Below the pieces are notes generated by a model. It was not told the DNA's origin and did not search any database. It saw only the letters and a program-made list of their open reading frames with translations. The position numbers and the translations under genes are program-made. Positions 45,538-59,592 of a stretch of DNA of 64,000 nucleotides are shown here, in pieces. Positions within the stretch are counted from its first letter, which is position 1. Each line of letters begins with the position of its first letter. The stretch is from Eledone cirrhosa (Eukaryota), in contig OZ024748.1 of assembly GCA_964016885.1 (NCBI GenBank), positions 38,812,001 to 38,876,000 on the forward strand. The letters are read 5' to 3'.

Positions 45538-48500
45538 AATATAGAACGGCAGTGAACGGTGTGTGTGTTATATAGAACCGCAGTGAACTGTGTGTGTGTT
45601 ATATAGAACGGCAGTGAACTGTGTGTGTGTTATATAGAACGGCAGTACACTGTGTGTGTGTTATATAGAACGGCAGTGAAGTGTGTGTGTGTTATATAGA
45701 ACGGAAGTGAACTGTGTGTGTTATATAGAACGGCAGTGAAATGTGTGGGTATTATATAGAACGGCAGTGAAGTGTGTGTGTGTTATATAGAACGGCAGTG
45801 AACTGTGTGTGTATTATATAGAACGGCAGTGAACTGTGTGTGTGTTATATATAACGGCAGTACACTGTGTGTGTGTTATATAGAACGGCAGTGAAGTGTG
45901 TGTGTGTTATATAGAACGGAAGTGAACTGTGTGTGTTATATAGAACGGCAGTGAAGTGAGTGGGTATTATATAGAACGGCAGTGAAGTGTGTGTGTGTTA
46001 TATAGAACGGCAGTGAACTGTGTGTGTAGTATATAGAACGGCAGTGAACTGTGTGTGTGTTATATAGAACGGCAGTGAACTGTGTGTGTGTTATATAGAA
46101 CGGCAGTACACTGTGTCTGTGTTATATAGAACGGCGGTGAAGTGTATGTGTATTATATAGAACGGCAATGAACTGTGTGTGTGTGTATTATATAGAACGA
46201 CAGTGAACTGTATGTGTGTTATATAGAACGGCAGTGAACTGTGTGTGTGTTATATAGAACGGCAGTGAACTGTATGTGTGTTTATATAGAACGGCATATG
46301 AACTGTGTGTGTGTTATATAGAACGGCAGTGAAGTGTGTGTTTGTGTTATATAGAACGGTAGTAGAGTGTGTATGTGTTATATAGAACGGCAGTGAACTG
46401 TGTGTATGTGTTATATAGAACGGCAGTGAACCCTGTGTGTATTATATAGAACGGCAGTGAAGTGTGTGTTATATAGAACGGCAGTGAACGGTGTGTGTGT
46501 TATATAGAACGGCAGTGAACTGTGCGTGTTATATAGAACGGCAGTGAACTGTGTGTGTGTTACATAAAACGGCTGTGAAGTGTGTGTGTATTACATAGAA
46601 CGGCAGTGAACTGTGTGTGTGTTACATAGAACGGCAATGAAGTGTGTGTGTGTGTGTTACATAGAACGGCAGTGAAGTGTGTGTGTATTACATAGAATGG
46701 CAGTGAACTGTGTGTGTGTTATATAGAACGGCAGTGAAAGTGTGTGTGTTATATAGAACGGCAGTGAAGTGTGTGTGTGTGTGTTATATAGAACGGCAGT
46801 GAAGTGTGTATGTATTACATAGAACGGCAGTGAAGTGTGTGTGTGTTATATAGAACGGTAGTGAACTGTGTGTATTATATAGAACGGCAGTGAAGTGTGT
46901 GTGTGTTACATAGAACGGCAGTGAACTGTGTGTGTGTTATATAGAACGGCAGTGAACTGTGTGTGTGTTATATAGAACGGCAGTGAAGTGTGTTTGTACT
47001 ATATAGAACGGAAGTGAACTGTGTGTGTGTGTTATATAGAACGGCAGTGAACTGTGTGTGTGTTATATAGAACGGCAGTGAACTGTGTGTATTATATAGA
47101 ACGGCAGTGAAGTGTGTTTGTGTTATATAGAACGGCAGTGAACTGTGTGTGTATTATATAGAACGGCAGTGAACTGTGTGTGTGTTATATAGAACGGCAG
47201 TGAAGTGTGTGTGTGTTATATAGAACGGCAGTAAAGTGTGTTTGTATTATATAGAACGGCAGTGAACTGTGTGTGTGTTATATAGAACGGCAGTGAACTG
47301 TGTGTGTGTTATATAGAACGGCAGTGAAGTGTGTTTGTATTATATAGAACGGCAGTGAACTGTGTGTGTGTTATATAGAACGGCAGTGAACTGTGTGTGT
47401 GTTATATAGAACGGCAGTAAACTGTGTGTGTGTTATATAGAACGGCAGTGAACTGTGTGTGTGTTATATAGAACGGTAGTGAAGTGTGTGTGTGTTATAT
47501 AGAACGGCAGTGAAGTGTGTGTGTGTTATATAGAACGGCAGTGAACTGTGTGTGTGTTATATAGAACGGCAGTGAACTGTGTGTGTATTACATAGAACGG
47601 CAGTGAACTGTGTGTGTGTTATATAGAACGGCAGTGAACTGCGTGTGTATTATATAGAACGGCAGTGAACTGTGTGTGTGTTATATAGAACGGCAGTGAA
47701 CTGTGTGTGTATTATATAGAACGGCAGTGAACTGTGTGTGTGTTATATATAACGGCAGTACACTGTGTGTGTGTTATATAGAACGGCAGTGAAGTGTGTG
47801 TGTTATATAGAACGGAAGTGAATTATGTGTGTTATATAGAACGGCAGTGAAGTGTGTGGGTATTATATAGAACGGCAGTGAAGTGTGTGTGTAGTATATA
47901 GAACGGCAGTGAACTGTGTGTGTGTTATATAGAACGGCAGTGAACTGTGTGTGTGTTATATAGAACGGCAGTACACTGTGTGTGTGTTATATAGAACGGC
48001 AGTGAAGTGTATGTGTATTATATAGAACGGCAATGAACTGTGTGTGTGTGTATTATATAGAACGACAGTGAACTGTATGTGTGTTATATAGAACGGCAGT
48101 GAACTGTGTGTGTGTTATATAGAACGGCAGTGAACTGTGTGTGTGTTTATATAGAACGGCATATGAACTGTGTGTGTGTTATATAGAACGGCAGTGAAGT
48201 GTGTGTTTGTGTTATATAGAACGGTAGTAGAGTGTGTATGTGTTATATAGAACGGCAGTGAACTGTGTGTATGTGTTATATAGAACGGCAGTGAACCCTG
48301 TGTGTATTATATAGAACGGCAGTGAAGTGTGTGTTATATAGAACGGCAGTGAACGGTGTGTGTGTTATATAGAACGGCAGTGAACTGTGTGTGTTATATA
48401 GAACGGCATTGAACGGTGTGTGTGTTATATAGAACGGCAGTGAACTGTGTGTGTTATATAGAACGGCAGTGAACTGTGTGTGTGTTACATTAAACGGCTG

Positions 48501-49790
48501 TGAAGTGTGTGTGTATTACATAGAACGGCAGTGAACTGTGTGTGTGTTACATAGAACGGCAATGAAGTGTGTGTGTGTTACATAGAACGGCAGTGAAGTG
48601 TGTGTGTATTACATAGAATGGCAGTGAACTGTGTGTGTGTTATATAGAACGGCAGTGAACTGTGTGTGTGTTATATAGAACGGCAGTGAACTGTGTTTGT
48701 GTTATATAGAACGGCAGTGAAGTGTGTGTGTGTGTGTTATATAGAACGGCAGTGAAGTGTGTATGTATTACATAGAACGGCAGTGAAGTGTGTGTGTGTT
48801 ATATAGAACGGTAGTGAACTGTGTGTATTATATAGAACGGTAGTGAAGTGTGTGTGTGTTATATAGAACGGCAGTGAACTGTGTGTGTGTTATATAGAAC
48901 GGCAGTGAACTGTGTGTGTGTTATATAGAACGGCAGTGAAGTGTGTTTGTACTATATAGAACGGAAGTGAACTGTGTGTGTGTGTTATATAGAACGGCAG
49001 TGAACTGTGTGTGTGTTATATAGAACGGCAGTGAACTGTGTGTATTATATAGAACGGCAGTGAAGTGTGTGTGTGTTATATAGAACGGCAGTGAACTGTG
49101 TGTGTATTATATAGAACGGCAGTGAACTGTGTGTGTGTTATATAGAACGGCAGTGAAGTGTGTGTGTGTTATATAGAACGGCAGTAAAGTGTGTTTGTAT
49201 TATATAGAACGGCAGTGAACTGTGTGTGTGTTATATAGAACGGCAGTGAACTGTGTGTGTGTTATATAGAACGGCAGTGAAGTGTGTGTGTGTTATATAG
49301 AACGGCAGTGAACTGTGTGTGTGTTATATAGAACGGTAGTGAAGTGTGTGTGTGTTATATAGAACGGCAGTGAAGTGTGTGTGTGTTATATAGAACGGCA
49401 GTGAACTGTGTGTGTGTTATATAGAACGGCAGTGAACTGTGTGTGTATTACATAGAACGGCAGTGAACTGTGTGTGTGTTATATAGAACGGCAGTGAACT
49501 GCGTGTGTATTATATAGAACGGCAGTGAACTGTGTGTGTGTTATATAGAACGGCAGTGAACTGTGTGTGTGTTATATAGAACGGCAGTGAACTGCGTGTG
49601 TATTATATAGAACGGCAGTGAAGTGTGTGGGTATTATATAGATCGGAAGTGAAGTGTGTGGGTATTATATAGAACGGCAGTGAACTGTGTGTGTGTGTTA
49701 TATAGAACGGCAGTGAACTGTGAGTGTGTATTATATAGAACGGCAGTGAAGTGTGTGGGTATTATATAGAACGGCAGTGAAGTGCGTGTG
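45538..49790. repeat. Satellite with a unit of about 31 bp (TTATATAGAACGGCAGTGAACTGTGTGTGTG), about 135-140 copies
   Basis: Constant core plus variable (TG)n. Internal higher-order duplication of about 1.9 kb. Confidence 0.97.
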
Positions 49791-50018
49791 TGGCGGAATA
49801 GGCGACCGTCTACATAACTCTACATAAACACATACAAACATCTATATATGTATACCAACTCACACATTTATATTACTTTCTGTCATTGGACTACTGCAAA
49901 GATGGGTTTTCGTATTGAAGTCTGGGACATTATTTTATCGAGTGCATATTGTCAAACCGCTAACAAGGTTTTATATATATATATAAAATTGAAAAAGTGG
50001 AGAATAACATGGTCAACA

Positions 50019-50066
<48 letters not shown>

Positions 50067-50576
50067 CCAGAAGCCTAACATTATTTATGTAAGCGGACAA
50101 TACTTGATTTTGGAGCCGCAGAAACCCAAATACTGGATTTTACCAACCTTCCAGGGGTCCGGGTAAATTTTCAATCACAGATATTTTTTATTTGTTTGAC
50201 CCGAATTACTTGATCGTTTTTTTGGCTATGCGAATGATTGTTTAACCATCGTCTCATTGTGTTTGGCCTTTAACGTTTGTTATAGCTCTGGTTTATTTGA
50301 ATCATTGAGCACTTGCCACACATCTCGGAGGTTTTTTTTCGTTATTTCGTGGGCCGAAATGCGATTCTCGATAATTTATGTTTGTTTATATATATATATA
50401 TATAATATATATAGTTTTAATATAGATGAGATTCTACAGGACTAGAACTGTTCTAGTCCTGTAGAATCTCATCTATATTAAAACTTTTATACTCTGCTAT
50501 CTATTGAGTACCTTACTTACTGTGATTACCTCCGATTCAACCCGGAATAACTTACCTATATATATATATATATATA

Positions 50577-51238
50577 AAAATGAAAGTGGAGAATAACATG
50601 GTCAACAGTACAAAAAAGGGGATTTATTTACAGTTTAACAATTGTTTCACTGATAAAGTTTTCTAAAAACAGCTGAACACTAGAAGCAGTGCCACTCAAT
50701 TTTAAATACGTTGTTAGCTCGATCAGATCTTCGGAAACTTATTTGTAAAACCAACCCAATCCATTGCATCACACATAAGTTGATATTTTTCTTGGTAGGA
50801 TGATAAATTTGTCTTAACAATCTCCTCACAATTTTCTGCATATCTAAATGATCTGCAATTTTTTAGTAATAGTTCTTCTTTCTTTTCTTCTGATAATCCA
50901 GCAAAAATGTAATAGAATATATGAAAATTCAATTCTCCTGCGTTCTGGAACACTACACGAGATTTTTCAAGCAAATATTCAGAAATGTTTCCACCTTTTA
51001 CTAATCCATCAATAAATTTGAGTTGAATATATTTTCCAAAACGGCTTGAATTATCATTCATGAGTGTTTGTGTTAGTTTTACAAATAAGTTTCCGAAGAT
51101 CTGATCGAGCTAACATCGTATTTAAAATTGAGTGGCACTACAATTTTTAGACAACTTTATCAGTGAAACAACTGTTAGACTGTGAATAAATCCCCTTTTT
51201 TGTACTGTTGACCATGATATTCTCCACTTTTTAAATTT
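50577..51238 (-). mobile_element. Inverted-repeat-flanked insertion (PLE-like termini) carrying a myosin fragment
   Basis: The left arm (about 50577-50751) is the reverse complement of the right arm (about 51076-51238). The arms contain ACT-TTATC-AGT-GAAAC-AA(T/C)T-GTT...AATAAA, a degenerate HHR 3' half. (TA)n on the left. An isolated terminus copy lies at about 49985-50019. Confidence 0.7.
50738..51073 (-). pseudogene. Intronless myosin motor-domain fragment (switch I region; class III-like)
   Basis: TQTLMNDNSSRFGKYIQLKF..G.ISEYLLEKSRVV.Q..GE.NFHIFYYIFAGL...FRY...MDWVGFT. No other myosin exons in the window. The class assignment is tentative. Confidence 0.88.
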
Positions 51239-51593
51239 GATTACTCCAAGATAAACTTGCATAGGAATACAAGTGAAATCATAAACTCGCCATCTACGTA
51301 AACCTCTTGTTGAGTTAAACAACGCCGTACGCTAAAACTATCCATAATAAGAAGTATTCACAACCTCTAACTGGATTACCTATAACGATATTTTGTTATT
51401 TTGTTATCCCTTATATATATATATATAACTACTCTGGTGGTCTTCATCATCTTCTCCAACTGATCCGACTGGATTTCCGAGACCCCACCACCACCACAGA
51501 GCTCCTGGATGTCTAAATTCAAATAAAACACCTTTGTCTCAGGGATAGAAACCGTTGGTGGGGGGTGGTTGAAATATACAGCATGAAGTACTA

Positions 51594-51626
<33 letters not shown>

Positions 51627-51803
51627 TCATACATACACTCATATGTACAAACATATATACATACGCCCACACTCACACACATCACACATACACACACACA
51701 CATCACACACACACCCACATAAACAGACTCTAACAGATATCAACGTGACTAATCAGTGTAACAAATGTCTGTTGTAAAATCCTGTACTTGTATTGTTTAT
51801 ACC

Positions 51804-51864
<61 letters not shown>

Positions 51865-51883
51865 AAGACACACATATATATAT

Positions 51884-51953
<70 letters not shown>

Positions 51954-51958
51954 ACACA

Positions 51959-52022
<64 letters not shown>

Positions 52023-52624
52023 CATACACACACAAACATAAATATATGTATGTATATATATATACGTACACCACACACACAAACACATATAATAGTCAGT
52101 GCCCTGCTGAATGGTTTAACTTGTTTTAAACTGGTATATACCAGATCTGTCTCCCCCCTCCCCTCTCTCTCTTGGGTGAGAGAAAGAGAAAGAGAGAGTG
52201 AGAGAGCGACAGACAGAAAGAATGATGTGCTCATGCGCGTAGATGCTATGAAAATAGTTTATATATTAGGGTGAAGACCCTTAAAATACGGAAAAAGAAG
52301 TTGCCATTGCCCGCTGTGAGGAATCGAACCCCGTATCTCCCAGATACCAGCTAGCCGCTTTAACAATCTTCACCCGACTTTATAGCATGAATCTCTGCCA
52401 ACAGCAATGCTATGGGTGTGTGTAAGTGTTTGTAAACGTGTTTGTGTGTGAATCTGTGTGTGTGTGCGTTTGTGAATGTGTGTGTGTAATACAATCGATA
52501 GAAAAGAGCACTCAATACAGTGTGTAGTGTGTATTTATAAGTAAATAATATATGATCCACCTTCTTGTATTTTACATAAAGTTTCACACACAAAAAGGCC
52601 TTTTTCTGGGATGTGTGTGCGTGT

Positions 52625-52656
<32 letters not shown>

Positions 52657-54373
52657 GTACACACACATTAACATCAGCAACACTAACACAGAACCACCAC
52701 CACTATGTCCAACACCACCACTGCCACCACCACCACTACCACCCCCACCACTGCTACCACTAACACTACCACTATGTCCAACACCAACACCACCACTACC
52801 ACCAACACCGCAACTACCACCACTACCCCCACCACACACCACCCCCACCCTCACCAATACTGTCCTCCACCCACCACCGCCACCATCACCACACACCACC
52901 ACACACCACACCCACCCTCACCAATACTATCCTCCACCCACCACCACCACCACCATCACCACACACCACTACCACCACACACCACCACCACCCTCACCAA
53001 TACTATCCTCCACCCACCACCACCATCACCACACACCGCCACCACCACACCACCACCACCCTCACCAATACCATCTCCCCCACCCCTCAAAGAAGTCAAT
53101 TGTTCATTTGGTTCGATTTGACAGAGAGTCTGTTCTGACATCTGGTCTGTCATCACGTGTCGTTGTAGTTTCTGAAATACACGAGTGGCGGCGCCACCAA
53201 TCAAATGCAGAATCTGCCACATCAAAGATGGCTGCCACTACAAGACTTCAATTGTTTTTTGGTTTGTTTTCATTAGTTATGCGTTTGTTTTTGATTGCTA
53301 TCTTATTTTGTTGTTTTTTTCTTTTTCTTTACTTATTTGACCTCGTCTTGTCTGTGACTACCATCTGTATTTACTCCCACTATATATACACATACATATA
53401 TATACATACATATATACACATATATATATACACATACATATATACACATACATATATACACACATATATATATACACATACATATATACACATACATATA
53501 CACACATACATATATACATATATACACATATATATATACACATACATATATACACATACATATATACATATATATATATATACACATACATATATACACA
53601 TATGTATATACACAAACATATATACGCATACATATATACACATACATATATATACACATACATATATACACATATGTATATACACAAACATATATACGCA
53701 TACATATATACACATACATATATATATACACATACATATATACACATACAGATATACACATATATATATATATATACACATACATATATACACATATATA
53801 TACACATATATGTACATATATTTATACACATACATATATACACATACATATATACACATACATATATACACATACATATATACACATACATATATACACA
53901 TACATATATATATACATATATATATACACATACATATATACACATATATACACATATATATACACATACATATATACACATATATATAAACACATATATA
54001 TATATACAAATACATATATACACATATATACACATATATATATATATATATATACACATACATATATACATATATATACACATACATATATATACACATA
54101 CATATATATACATATACATATATACATACATATATACACATATATGCACATATATATATACACATATATACACATATATATATACATATACATATATACA
54201 GATAGATATATATACATATACATATATACACACATATATACACACATATATATACACACATATATACACATACATATACACACACATAAACATATACACA
54301 CAGACGTAGGCATAACCCCATGCGCACATACACATACGCACATACACACATGTAATGTGTCTGTACGTAGATA

Positions 54374-54420
<47 letters not shown>

Positions 54421-54579
54421 TGTATGCATATATAAATATATATATGTGCGTGTGTGTGTGTGTGTGTGTGTGTAGTGTAGTGAAAAATCAGAAGATTATA
54501 CCCAAAATTGGTAGAGCACTCAGTCCAAAAGACGAGTTGGGTGTAGAATTAATTTCACGACCATTATATATGTGTATAT

Positions 54580-54725
54580 AATCAGCTGGAAATGAGTACC
54601 AGCAATATCTGGGGGTTTCACTCTGCGATTGACTGGCGTCCTCTCCAGGGGGAAGTCTTGTACTCTCAATCGTTTAAGGTCTCTGAAACCGGGGTAAGCA
54701 GCCTTCGGGCTCGAGGCAGACTTTT
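54580..54725 (+). mobile_element. SINE fragment (V/Deu-like core)
   Basis: AAATGAGTACCAGC...CTGCGATTGACTGGCGTCCTCTCCAGGGGG. Confidence 0.55.
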
Positions 54726-54857
54726 AGGGTTTACACAACAACAACGACAATAACATCAACAACAACAATACCAAAAGCTCCCTAAAATAAACCTGCTAAC
54801 CCCTCAGACTCATATCGATTGGAATAATCATTTAGCTTTCTTCTTGTTTCTTTTCAG

Positions 54858-55412
54858 TGACTTCGAAGTTCCCAAAAAAACGTCTGGACGTTATGTTTCT
54901 CGTTGACGACTGTCAGTTCGGACACAAGAACCTACATCGCATTAAAGAGTTCATAGCCGGCCTAACACGACAAATGCATATTGGATCTTACTGGACAAGG
55001 GTTGGTGCATTCTCCAGCCAATGCAGTCAACAACATAACGATATTTACCTGACAGAGTACCGAACGTCGAACGACTTCATCGCCGATTTCACAAAACCAG
55101 ACACACACAGCTTAGCATGGCTGATACGCCGCCTAAGACATCACGGTTTCGATCCTGCCAACGGTGGTAGAGATGATGCTCCACATGTAGGTATTCTGTT
55201 TGTTGATGACAAACTCAGTCAGCTTGATGCTAGTATCGTGGAAGCAAAAAGGGCTCGATTTAAAGGAATAAAACTCTTTGTTGTTGCTATTGGCAAACAA
55301 TATTCATTTAACGAAGTTAGACAACTGGCCTACAGGAATATGTACATCCGGGTAAAGGATTACGTTTACTTAGAAAGACATATCAGTGATTTTATGGATA
55401 CATTGCTAAAAG
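54858..55412 (+). CDS. VWA-domain exon 3 (degenerate MIDAS)
   Basis: TTTCTTTTCAG acceptor, AAAG|GTAAGT donor, 555 nt, phase 1/1. Motifs LDVMFLVD, TRVG, GGRDDAPHVGILFVD, GIKLFVVAIG. Confidence 0.9.
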
Positions 55413-55480
55413 GTAAGTTTTTAAATATATATATATATACGATATTAAACAAATGGAAACTATATTTATAAAACCATATT

Positions 55481-55546
55481 TATTTCATTATACATATTTC
55501 AGGGATACCATATTAAAAATATGGCATGCCTTCGTCAGATAAAATA
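55481..55546 (-). ncRNA. Type I minimal hammerhead ribozyme (same family as 4599-4660)
   Basis: Minus strand: TATTTTAT-CTGACGA-AGG-C-ATGCCATATT..AATATGGTAT-C-CCT-GAAA-TATGTA-TA-ATGAAATA. Confidence 0.82.
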
Positions 55547-55614
55547 CAATAAAATAAACAGTTTTATAAATAATTTTGACGTACCATAATATAAGCGACC
55601 ATTAAATTAGGAGG

Positions 55615-55720
<106 letters not shown>

Positions 55721-55851
55721 CAGGAGAGGGTGTTTTCATTACAGGATTTAAACCACCAGCATGAAGAGAATATAAGCTTATAGAGGTATAGGAGAAACAT
55801 AATAATTAAAAGGATAAATTAAAATTAAAAACCAGCCTCATAAACTAAACA

Positions 55852-55930
55852 ACACCTGTACAAATTCGCTAAGAATTCGTTTCACTGTGTTAGTGCTTAC
55901 AAACTCACCTCTTGGCTCATCAGCAGGTGC
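55852..55930 (-). ncRNA. Type I hammerhead ribozyme with full-length stem III
   Basis: Minus strand: GCACCTG-CTGATGA-GC...GT-GAAAC-GAATTC-TTAGC-GAATTT-GTA-CAGGTGT. Stem II is partly decayed. Confidence 0.78.
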
Positions 55931-56059
55931 AAAGCTGATATATATATATATATATATATAAAGGAACGATTGACTTTCGTCAAATCGGACCGAGGGAACA
56001 ATGTTTCCGTTGGTCTTTCCAATTGCTAATACTATCTATCGGTCGCAACTCCAGGTAGA

Positions 56060-56177
56060 AGGAGCAACGTGAAATAAAGTTTCTTGCTCAAGAACATAAC
56101 GCATCGCCTGCTCCAGGAATCGAACTCACAACCTTACGATTGCGAATCCAATTCTCTAACCACTCAGCCACACGCCT
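56060..56177 (-). mobile_element. tRNA-derived CORE/V-like SINE head
   Basis: Minus strand: GGCGTGTGGCTGAGTGGTTAGAG...GAGTTCGATTCCTGG...GTTCTTGAGCAAGAAACTT. Confidence 0.7.
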
Positions 56178-56179
56178 AT

Positions 56180-56236
<57 letters not shown>

Positions 56237-56360
56237 AAACACAGTAAATTTCGTGTCTAAAATTACGAGGGTAGAGAATACCACAAATGTTTTAATATTT
56301 AATCTTAAACATAACATACAGTAGGATATAATTTTATACCGACCGTATCAAAAACATTTC

Positions 56361-56449
56361 ATCTCTCGGACAGATTAGAGATTTAATCTGTTTCGCCCTG
56401 AAAATTGTGTTTGTAACAGATAATCTGTAGGCTATCATCAGCGAGAGAT
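56361..56449 (-). ncRNA. Type I hammerhead ribozyme, full-length stem III, two extra nucleotides after CUGAUGA
   Basis: Minus strand: ATCTCTCG-CTGATGA-TA-GCCT...GGGC-GAAAC-AGATTA-AATCTC-TAATCT-GTC-CGAGAGAT. 8-bp stems I and III. Confidence 0.82.
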
Positions 56450-56671
56450 TAAATCAAATGAAACAAAACACATCTAACAGCAACCGGAGGAGTAAAAATA
56501 TGCTCCTCGTGGGCTGCACGCTATACGTGGTATGAGTGGTTATGCTAGGAATAATAGCCTTATGACACTCAATGTATAAGCTCACCTAGATAGGGAGCCG
56601 AAATACAAATAAAATACAGAGTTATTAACTCATATTGATACCCTACAATTAAACAAGCTCAAAGTATAAAT

Positions 56672-56796
56672 ACTAGAGAGTCGGACACCATGCTTTGAAG
56701 CATAGAGTTACGTCCCTTTATGATCTGAGTTCAAATCCTGCTGAGGTTAACTTTGCCTTTCATCCTTACGGGGTCGATAAAATAAAGTACCAGTAA
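56672..56796 (+). mobile_element. Nin/Deu-type SINE, 3'-truncated
   Basis: B box and core. It abuts the next element. Confidence 0.8.
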
Positions 56797-56799
56797 GGA

Positions 56800-57536
56800 T
56801 TCACTAATCAAAAGATTGGACATTCAGAGAATTTCCAATGGAAAGAATTAGATCTTCAGACAGCTATTTCCATACTATAAGGGTATAAAGCCTCATAGTA
56901 AGTTAATATTTCACTTCCTGCCCGTTGCATGCGGTCAAGCCGTTAAAGTGACTTACACACAAAAATAGGCCATGAGTAAAAGCGGGTTATTATAAACTTC
57001 ACAACTATTATAAACACCATGCATATTTCTGTAGGTACTTAGTGCCTGTCGGAATATCCATACCCTTTAATAATTTTTCTCCTATATTTAGAGAACAAAA
57101 CCTTGTATCGCGCTGCTATTTTTAGCGGCATGATCAACAAGTTTATAATAACCCGCTTTTACTCATGGCCTATTTTTGTGTGTAAGACACTTTAACGGCT
57201 TGACCGCATGCAACGGGCAGGAAGCGAAATATTAACTTACTATGAGGCTTTATACCCTTATAGTATGGAAATAGCTGTCTGAAGATCTAATTCTTTCCAT
57301 TGAAAATTCTCTGAATTTCCAATCTTTTGTTTAGTGAAACCGTCGGTAACGGCAATAGAACAGGTGAATATTTAAATCGTTTTTTAATTCTTTTAAAAGA
57401 TTGTTTGATGATTACTTGTTCCGCTCATTTTTATAGCTCTGGTATCTCAAATTAGTACCATCGAACCACAACTATTATAAACACTATGCATATTTCTGTA
57501 GGTACTTAGTGCCTGTCGGAATATCCATACCCTTTT
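56800..57536 (+). mobile_element. Non-coding PLE-like element: inverted 5' copy, duplicated tail, HHR
   Basis: About 56801-56999 is inverted at about 57139-57338. The tail at 57000-57067 repeats at about 57467-57535. It ends in (TA)n. Confidence 0.7.
57274..57353 (+). ncRNA. Type I hammerhead ribozyme
   Basis: GCTGT-CTGAAGA-TCTAA...TTAGT-GAAA-CC-GTC-GG-TA-ACGGC. Confidence 0.78.
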
Positions 57537-57890
57537 ATATATATATATATATATATATTAATTTTCAATTGTTTTCATATTTTAATGTGATGTATCAATG
57601 GACGGCGTAGACCCTCTGAGAACTGTGGTGTCATTGGCGTTAATATCAGTCTCAAATAGATGTAAGTTGAGAGCTACAGATAACAAAACATTGCTAAGCA
57701 GAGGTTTCAGGGAAATCTCGTTCTGGGGAGGAAGGAATAGATGATATGGTTATAAAGAGATATATGATACGGTGTTAATGTTTAGGGTGTCATTGCAGTA
57801 AGCCTGATATTTGCACCGTGATGTCAAGAAATTGGAATATTTACTCCGAGGTTCTTTTTATTCTGTTCTCTCTCTCTCTCCCTCTCTCTC

Positions 57891-57948
<58 letters not shown>

Positions 57949-58338
57949 GAGAGAGAGAGAGATCAGGATTTTGTGAGTTTTAAACTAGTAAGATCATTAT
58001 TCAGCAGAGTACTCAATACTTGGTATAGTAGGGTGTAAATATATTAGAGAATCGGGTCCCATCAGCTGAGCTCTTGCCGTTTCGACATCATATTCCAGAA
58101 TTTGGAATTTTCTGTTGAAACAGCAAAAGCTCAGACGTCTGGCCCCGATTCTCTGATATATTTATATATATGAGGGGGTGGGCTGTTTGGGGTAATATTT
58201 TATGTTAGCAACATTATGTGATAGAGGACCCCAATACATCAACATGGCCTCCCTTAATGGATTATACAGTCGTTTGTCTTAGCAGAAATATATATTAATG
58301 AGGCACAGGTTTGTTGTCCTTTTGTCTCTCTCTCTCTG

Positions 58339-58420
<82 letters not shown>

Positions 58421-58531
58421 TTCTTTCTTTCTTTCTCTCTCTTTCTTTTGTTCTTTCACTGTCTCTCCTTCATTCACACTCAAACCTGTACACACACTCA
58501 CACACACACACACACACATATCTATATATAA

Positions 58532-58567
<36 letters not shown>

Positions 58568-58666
58568 ATGTATGTGTGTGTGTATATATGTATGTATGTA
58601 TGTATGAATGTATATATATGTGCACATATTTACATACATATACATATGTATGTATATATATATATA

Positions 58667-58762
<96 letters not shown>

Positions 58763-58857
58763 CTTCGTGCGAGTGAAATACGTGAAGGAATGTGCATGGA
58801 TATGCATAAATGTATGTTATGGAAGACCACACCTCTATGCACGTCATGCATATTTGC

Positions 58858-59002
<145 letters not shown>

Positions 59003-59026
59003 TATATATATAATTATATATATTAT

Positions 59027-59085
<59 letters not shown>

Positions 59086-59189
59086 ATATATATATTATAT
59101 ATATATAATTGTGTTAGTGTATAATTCGGTCAATTACAAAACCAACCATGATACTATGATATATAATTATGTATGTGTATATATATATA

Positions 59190-59244
<55 letters not shown>

Positions 59245-59424
59245 ATATATTAATGCGTGTGATCATATTATCTCCCATATTTATATTATAATATTATATA
59301 GTTTTGAAGACATGTTGTTCTTTAGGGCAGGGGGAATGAGATATTGCGACGTCTATGTGTCTCCCAAATGACTTCCGTAAGATAGGGGATTGTGCTATAC
59401 ACAAATACACACACACATATACAT

Positions 59425-59487
<63 letters not shown>

Positions 59488-59592
59488 CGTAAAATAAGAA
59501 AATTATAAAATTAACTTACTTACTAAAATTTCACACCAACTAATTAGTTTCTGAAAGTGAATAAACATAGTTTATATATATCCAATATATTA

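Noticed and set aside
45538-49790. Constant core plus variable spacer array as a CRISPR array
   Set aside because: The spacers are only (TG)n length variants.
50723-51061. Myosin ORF as an exon of a nested antisense myosin gene
   Set aside because: No splice sites at its ends, no other myosin exons in 64 kb, and it is bounded by inverted repeats. It is treated as a captured fragment.
53170-53240. CCAAT plus YY1-like AAGATGGCTGCC, a promoter-like patch
   Set aside because: The motifs are short and intronic, with no linked exon. It could be chance or TE-derived.
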